Origin: Camelus dromedarius
Taxonomy: Eukaryota
DNA: 64,000 nucleotides
Direction of reading: 5' to 3'
Assembly (NCBI RefSeq): GCF_036321535.1
Contig: NC_087437.1
Location: 53,198,001-53,262,000 of the forward strand
Of the stretch, positions 59,911 to 64,000 are shown in pieces. A program made the translations under genes and the position numbers. The notes beneath the pieces are model-generated. The model had not been told where the DNA came from, made no database searches, and was given only the letters and a program-made list of their open reading frames with translations. Each line of letters begins with the position of its first letter. Position 1 is the stretch's first letter.

Positions 59911-62899
59911 TCACAGTGAGACAAAAAAAAAAGTTCCAATATCCATCATTCATGAATCTACCTGATGATTTCTTTAAAACAAAATCATAACCAGTCCTGT
60001 CCCAGAACAGACACGTTGCTTTATCTTACTGTGTGACAAAGGTGGTGGCATTTCTTTTATAGATTCGAATGCCCCCTCTCTTGCTATGAAAAGGGTTCCT
60101 TGGCATTTTGAGAACTGCTAAATGAGCATCCATGCCCCATTTCTAAATTCGGGCTCATTTGGCTGATTTGGTTATCGTCTGTTCCATCAATTGTGCTGTC
60201 CCCCACTGCAGAGCGGGGCACCGGGGCTGAGAGGGTTAAAGCCCTTGCCCAGCATCACGCACTTGAGAGCTCCAGACACAGCCCCCAGGGCTGAAGATAA
60301 ACTGGAAGGACAATTGTGAACCTTCTCGGTCTCGCAGGCCAGCTTCATCGTGCTGCAGTGTAAGCGTCCATGCAAAGCCCCATCCCCACCCGCCTTTCTT
60401 TGGCGTGGAGCTGCCAGGTGGGGCTGCAGGCTCTGGCCCCTCCCTGGATGCCCCCTGATTACAGAACCAGTAGCATTCTCCTTCCACCAGCCCGTGGAAA
60501 GTCAGCGCAGGCCAGCCAGCAAGCTTTCAGGAGTGACGGTGTTGGCTGCTTTCAGGCCACAGTCACTGCTGCAGCCTGGCTATGTTTTCTGGGAGCCTGT
60601 TTCTTCATAAGCTCCTGAAAGCGAGTTATTTAAGCCAGCAAAACTCCCACAACAGAGATGAGCTGGAGGAGCACCAGGCGAAGGCCTTGGCGTCAGTGTT
60701 CTGGGCCCTGGGAAGGATGATACAGTGACCAGTGCAGCAGCCGAGCAGTGACCCGTCCCTCCAGCCACCCACAGCTGCTGCCCTCGGTTCACTTTGCACT
60801 CAATTAAGATAACAGGCTGTTAGAATAATAAAATCAGAGCATCTTTGGATAAAGAACTGTTGACTCTCAGAATCAAACTCTTGACAGCAGGAACCAAGGA
60901 ACCTTAGAATCTCACACTGGAAGGTACCTCGGAGGTCACTTGGTCCTGTCCCCCTCCTAGGTGACAGGTGTTTCTTCTGAGGGAGCTGAGGGCAAAGAAG
61001 GTGTGGCCACAGTACCCCGTGACTGTGGGGTGTGCCCAAGGTAGCAGATGCAAGACGGATTGCTGTGACTCCAACCTCTGGAATAGTACAGGAGGTCAAA
61101 CGATGTCCCTCCTCCCGGGCCCCGGGACTCTCTCGCACTCTTATCCCCTCTTTAAGCTTCATTCTCCACTGGACAAGGTTTGAGGAAGAAGAGGAGGCTT
61201 TGGAAACTCTTTAACGTGACTTCAGCCCTTTATCTGAGGGTCTGTCTTACAGACCATCCCTGAGAAAAACAAGAGAAAACGGGAAATTCTTACCTCTTTC
61301 CACTTAAGAATTACGGACTATTTTCGCTGACATTTTTGCCCTTCTCCCCCATTTTTTTTTTTTTTTGGCTCCTATATCTAAAAACAAACACGTAAAAACA
61401 GCCTGTTCTGTGAACTATATAGAATCTGAGCTAATTTGGTCCCCTCCTTCCTCCCCTCCATCGCAGGCTCTGGCCACAGCCCGTGAGCTTTGGAAAATAG
61501 CTTGTCACCCACTTGACTCCCCGTCTCATTCTTAAAGGAAAATATTTATATTATGCCACAGAAAGAGTTTCCATGGCAGTGACGATGGGAACACTGTTAC
61601 CCTGGCAACCACATGAGTCCATCTTGAGTGATTTGAAATCCCCTTCATAGACAAATAAGGAAAGTCTGTCAAAAGTGCTGTTCGGCTGGTGGGGGGGCCC
61701 TGAAAGGAAGACGGCTTTCTCGCCCTCTTAGTTCCCCTCCGACTCCTTCCCCTCGGCCTCCAGCTCATCTCCTTCCACATGCCCTCTAAAGAACTTTCCC
61801 CATTGCCCACTCTTCCTGGACTTGTCTTGCCCTTTTCCTGATCCACCGTGGAGACCCTGCCCGGAGCTCCACAGAGGGTCAAGGACTGGCATGCAAGGCC
61901 ACTCCAAAGATAACAGGAGGCAGAACTGACCCACATATCATTCTTTTTATAGAGCCTACTGCCTGTCCCCTGGACACTGGGGCCACGTTCTTCTCTGTCA
62001 GCCCAAAGCAGCTCTGACAGGAGAGTTTTACAGGAAAGACAGGCCAGTCTTCCCTAGGGGACTGTTCTGGGTCATCACATGTTGGCAAGTCATCTCTCTG
62101 GATCTTGTCTGTAAAATAAAGGAGTTGGGTGGAGCATCCTCTGGCTCCTACATTCTAGGAACTTTTATGAATCAAAAATGTACCATCCTCCAGCTCCCAA
62201 AGGCACCAGAGACCCCTTTTAGCATACCTGATGGGAATTTAGACAGGACCTCAGGACAAGTCCTGGAGGAAAAAACCACAAACCTGCACTGCAGGAGCGT
62301 TTCAAACCAGAAAATGCAGAGCGTACAGATATGAAAATATCATTATCATTATCAACCTCATTATTAGCACAGAAAGCACTGAATTATAGACTGCCCCCCA
62401 CCCCCCATCTTCAGGGCCACTCTAACTCAAAACCTTTTCCTGGAGAATTTGCTCCAGCAAGCTGACTGAATAGATAAATGAGCCCTCTCTGGGAGGCAGC
62501 CGCTTTTCTCCTGGAGGAAATTTCTTCAGCACAATTCATGCCTATCTCTGGCGTTTTCTTTGCCTCTTTCTTCATTGAAAAGCAGCTTGAGAAGCTAGAA
62601 ATGCTGACCTGTTTTCTTTCGTTCTTCCTGCTGCATCTAACTGATGGGGGAAATCTTTTTCACAAGAGGAGGAAAGCAGTTTAAATCATCTTCATCATTT
62701 TACTAGTAGACAGGGACACCACTTTACCAGTTTGGCATGGAGGATAGGAGAAATGCAAGGATTCGTGGGAAAAGAAAAAGAAAGCAAAAAAGGAGAAGCA
62801 AACACTACCTTGAGGGATGCTGAAATACCTCTTCCTCAACGTGCTACTTGGAAAGCAGAAATTTCACAAAGCCAGCTCAGACGTACTCAGGTTTCTGAC

Positions 62900-63048
62900 C
62901 TGAGAGGCAGGAGGTGCAGGAGTTAGTGGGTGGGCTTTGGAGTCATCCAGAGCCAAGTGCAGTGCACCACCATTCTGACCTTAGCCTCTCTAAGTCTTGA
63001 TTTTTTCACCTGTAAAATGGGAGGAGCAATATCTACCTTACAGGGTTG
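62900..63048 (+). mobile_element. MIR fragment, interrupted by MLT2
   Basis: cttagcctctctaagtcttgatttttcacctgtaaaatggg...tctaccttacagggttg. Confidence 0.75.
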
Positions 63049-63470
63049 TGTGATGGTTAGTTTTTTGTGTCAGCTTGGCTAGATTATAGGACCCATGTGT
63101 CTAATCAAATACTAATCTAGGTGTCTCTGTGAAGGTTATGTGTAGATGTGGTTAACGTCTATAATCAGTTGACATTAAGTCAAAGAGGTTACACTCGATA
63201 ATGTGTGTGGGCCTCATCCAATCAGTTGAAGGCCTTCATGGCAAAACCAGAAGTTTCTTGGAGAAGAAATTCTGTCTCAAAGCTGCAATATTAGCTCTTG
63301 CCTGAGTTTCCAGCCTGCCAGCTTGCCAGCCTGCCTGGTGGATTTCAGACTCAAGATGGTGACATTTACTCCTGCCTCAGCCTCCAGTCGGCTGACCTAC
63401 TCTATAGATTGTGGATTTGCCAGCCTCACAACTGCATGAGCCAGTTCCTTAAAATAAATCTATCTCTGTG
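63049..63470 (+). mobile_element. MLT2C/D-like ERVL LTR
   Basis: tgtgatggttagttttttgtgtcagcttggc...gggcctcatccaatcagttgaaggcc...cacaactgcatgagccagttccttaaaataaatct, followed by a TA/CA-rich tract. Confidence 0.88.
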
Positions 63471-63548
63471 TGTGTGTATACACACATATATAGTTATGTG
63501 ATACGAATATGTATTATATATAATATGTACATATACTTATAGAATGTG

Positions 63549-64000
63549 AAGGCACACGCTATTTTATTATGCCTCACAGATACTGCATTTTTTACAAATT
63601 GAAGGTTTGTGGCAACCCTGCATCAAGCAAGTCTATTGGTGCCCTTTTTTCAACAGCATTTGCCTCACTTCTTGTCTCAGTGTCACATGTTGGTAATGCT
63701 CTCAATATTTCATACCTTTTCATTGTTATTATATTTGCAATAGTGATCTGTGATCAGTGATCTTTCATGCTACTGCTGCAAAGAGATCACAACTCGCTAG
63801 AGACTCAGATGATAGTTAACATTTCTTAGCAGTAAAGTATTTTTTAATTAAGGTAGGCACGTTGCTTTTTTAGACATAATGCTCTTACACACTTAATAGA
63901 CTACAGTATAGAGTAAACAGTAAATATAACTTTTATATGCACTGGGAAGCCAAAAGTTCATGTGACTCACTTTATTGTGATAGTCACTTTACTGAGATGG
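63549..64000 (+). mobile_element. Tigger1 internal-deletion derivative (Tigger1a_Art-like), running to the window edge
   Basis: The Tigger1 left end cacagatactgcattttttacaaattgaaggtttgtggcaaccctgcatcaagcaagtc is joined directly to the right end ctcagatgatagttaacatt...tatgcactgggaagccaaaa...gtgactcactttattgtgata. Confidence 0.88.

Overview
This is mammalian non-coding DNA, either intergenic or deep intronic. It is most likely from a camelid (camel, llama or alpaca). That is an inference from three copies of a tRNA-derived SINE with the head GGGGAGGGTATAGCTCAG...GGTCCTGGGTTCAATCCCCAGTACC and from camelid-type L1 3' ends. I see no intact protein-coding gene, RNA gene or CRISPR array, and the listed ORFs are chance or repeat-derived. 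Much of the window is recognisable transposon debris: MIR, L2, L1 of several ages, MaLR/ERVL LTRs (MLT1, MLT2, MER74A, LTR16), hAT and Tigger DNA transposons, and four younger ERV1-type solo LTRs. The most notable items are five. (1) A very old CR1-like ORF2 fossil at about 10.35-12.5 kb that seems to keep endonuclease and RT motifs and carries a 65/67-identical internal direct repeat. (2) A decayed class I retroviral integrase on the minus strand at 38.66-40.5 kb, split by a solo LTR that itself carries an inverted piece of another LTR family. (3) A CCAAT/octamer-rich solo LTR at 45.4-45.9 kb. (4) A 5'-end-only L1 insertion with a target-site duplication at 19.4-20.55 kb. (5) Several repeat-free motif clusters that may be enhancers. 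Repeat family names come from recalled consensus sequences, not a database search, and most boundaries are approximate.
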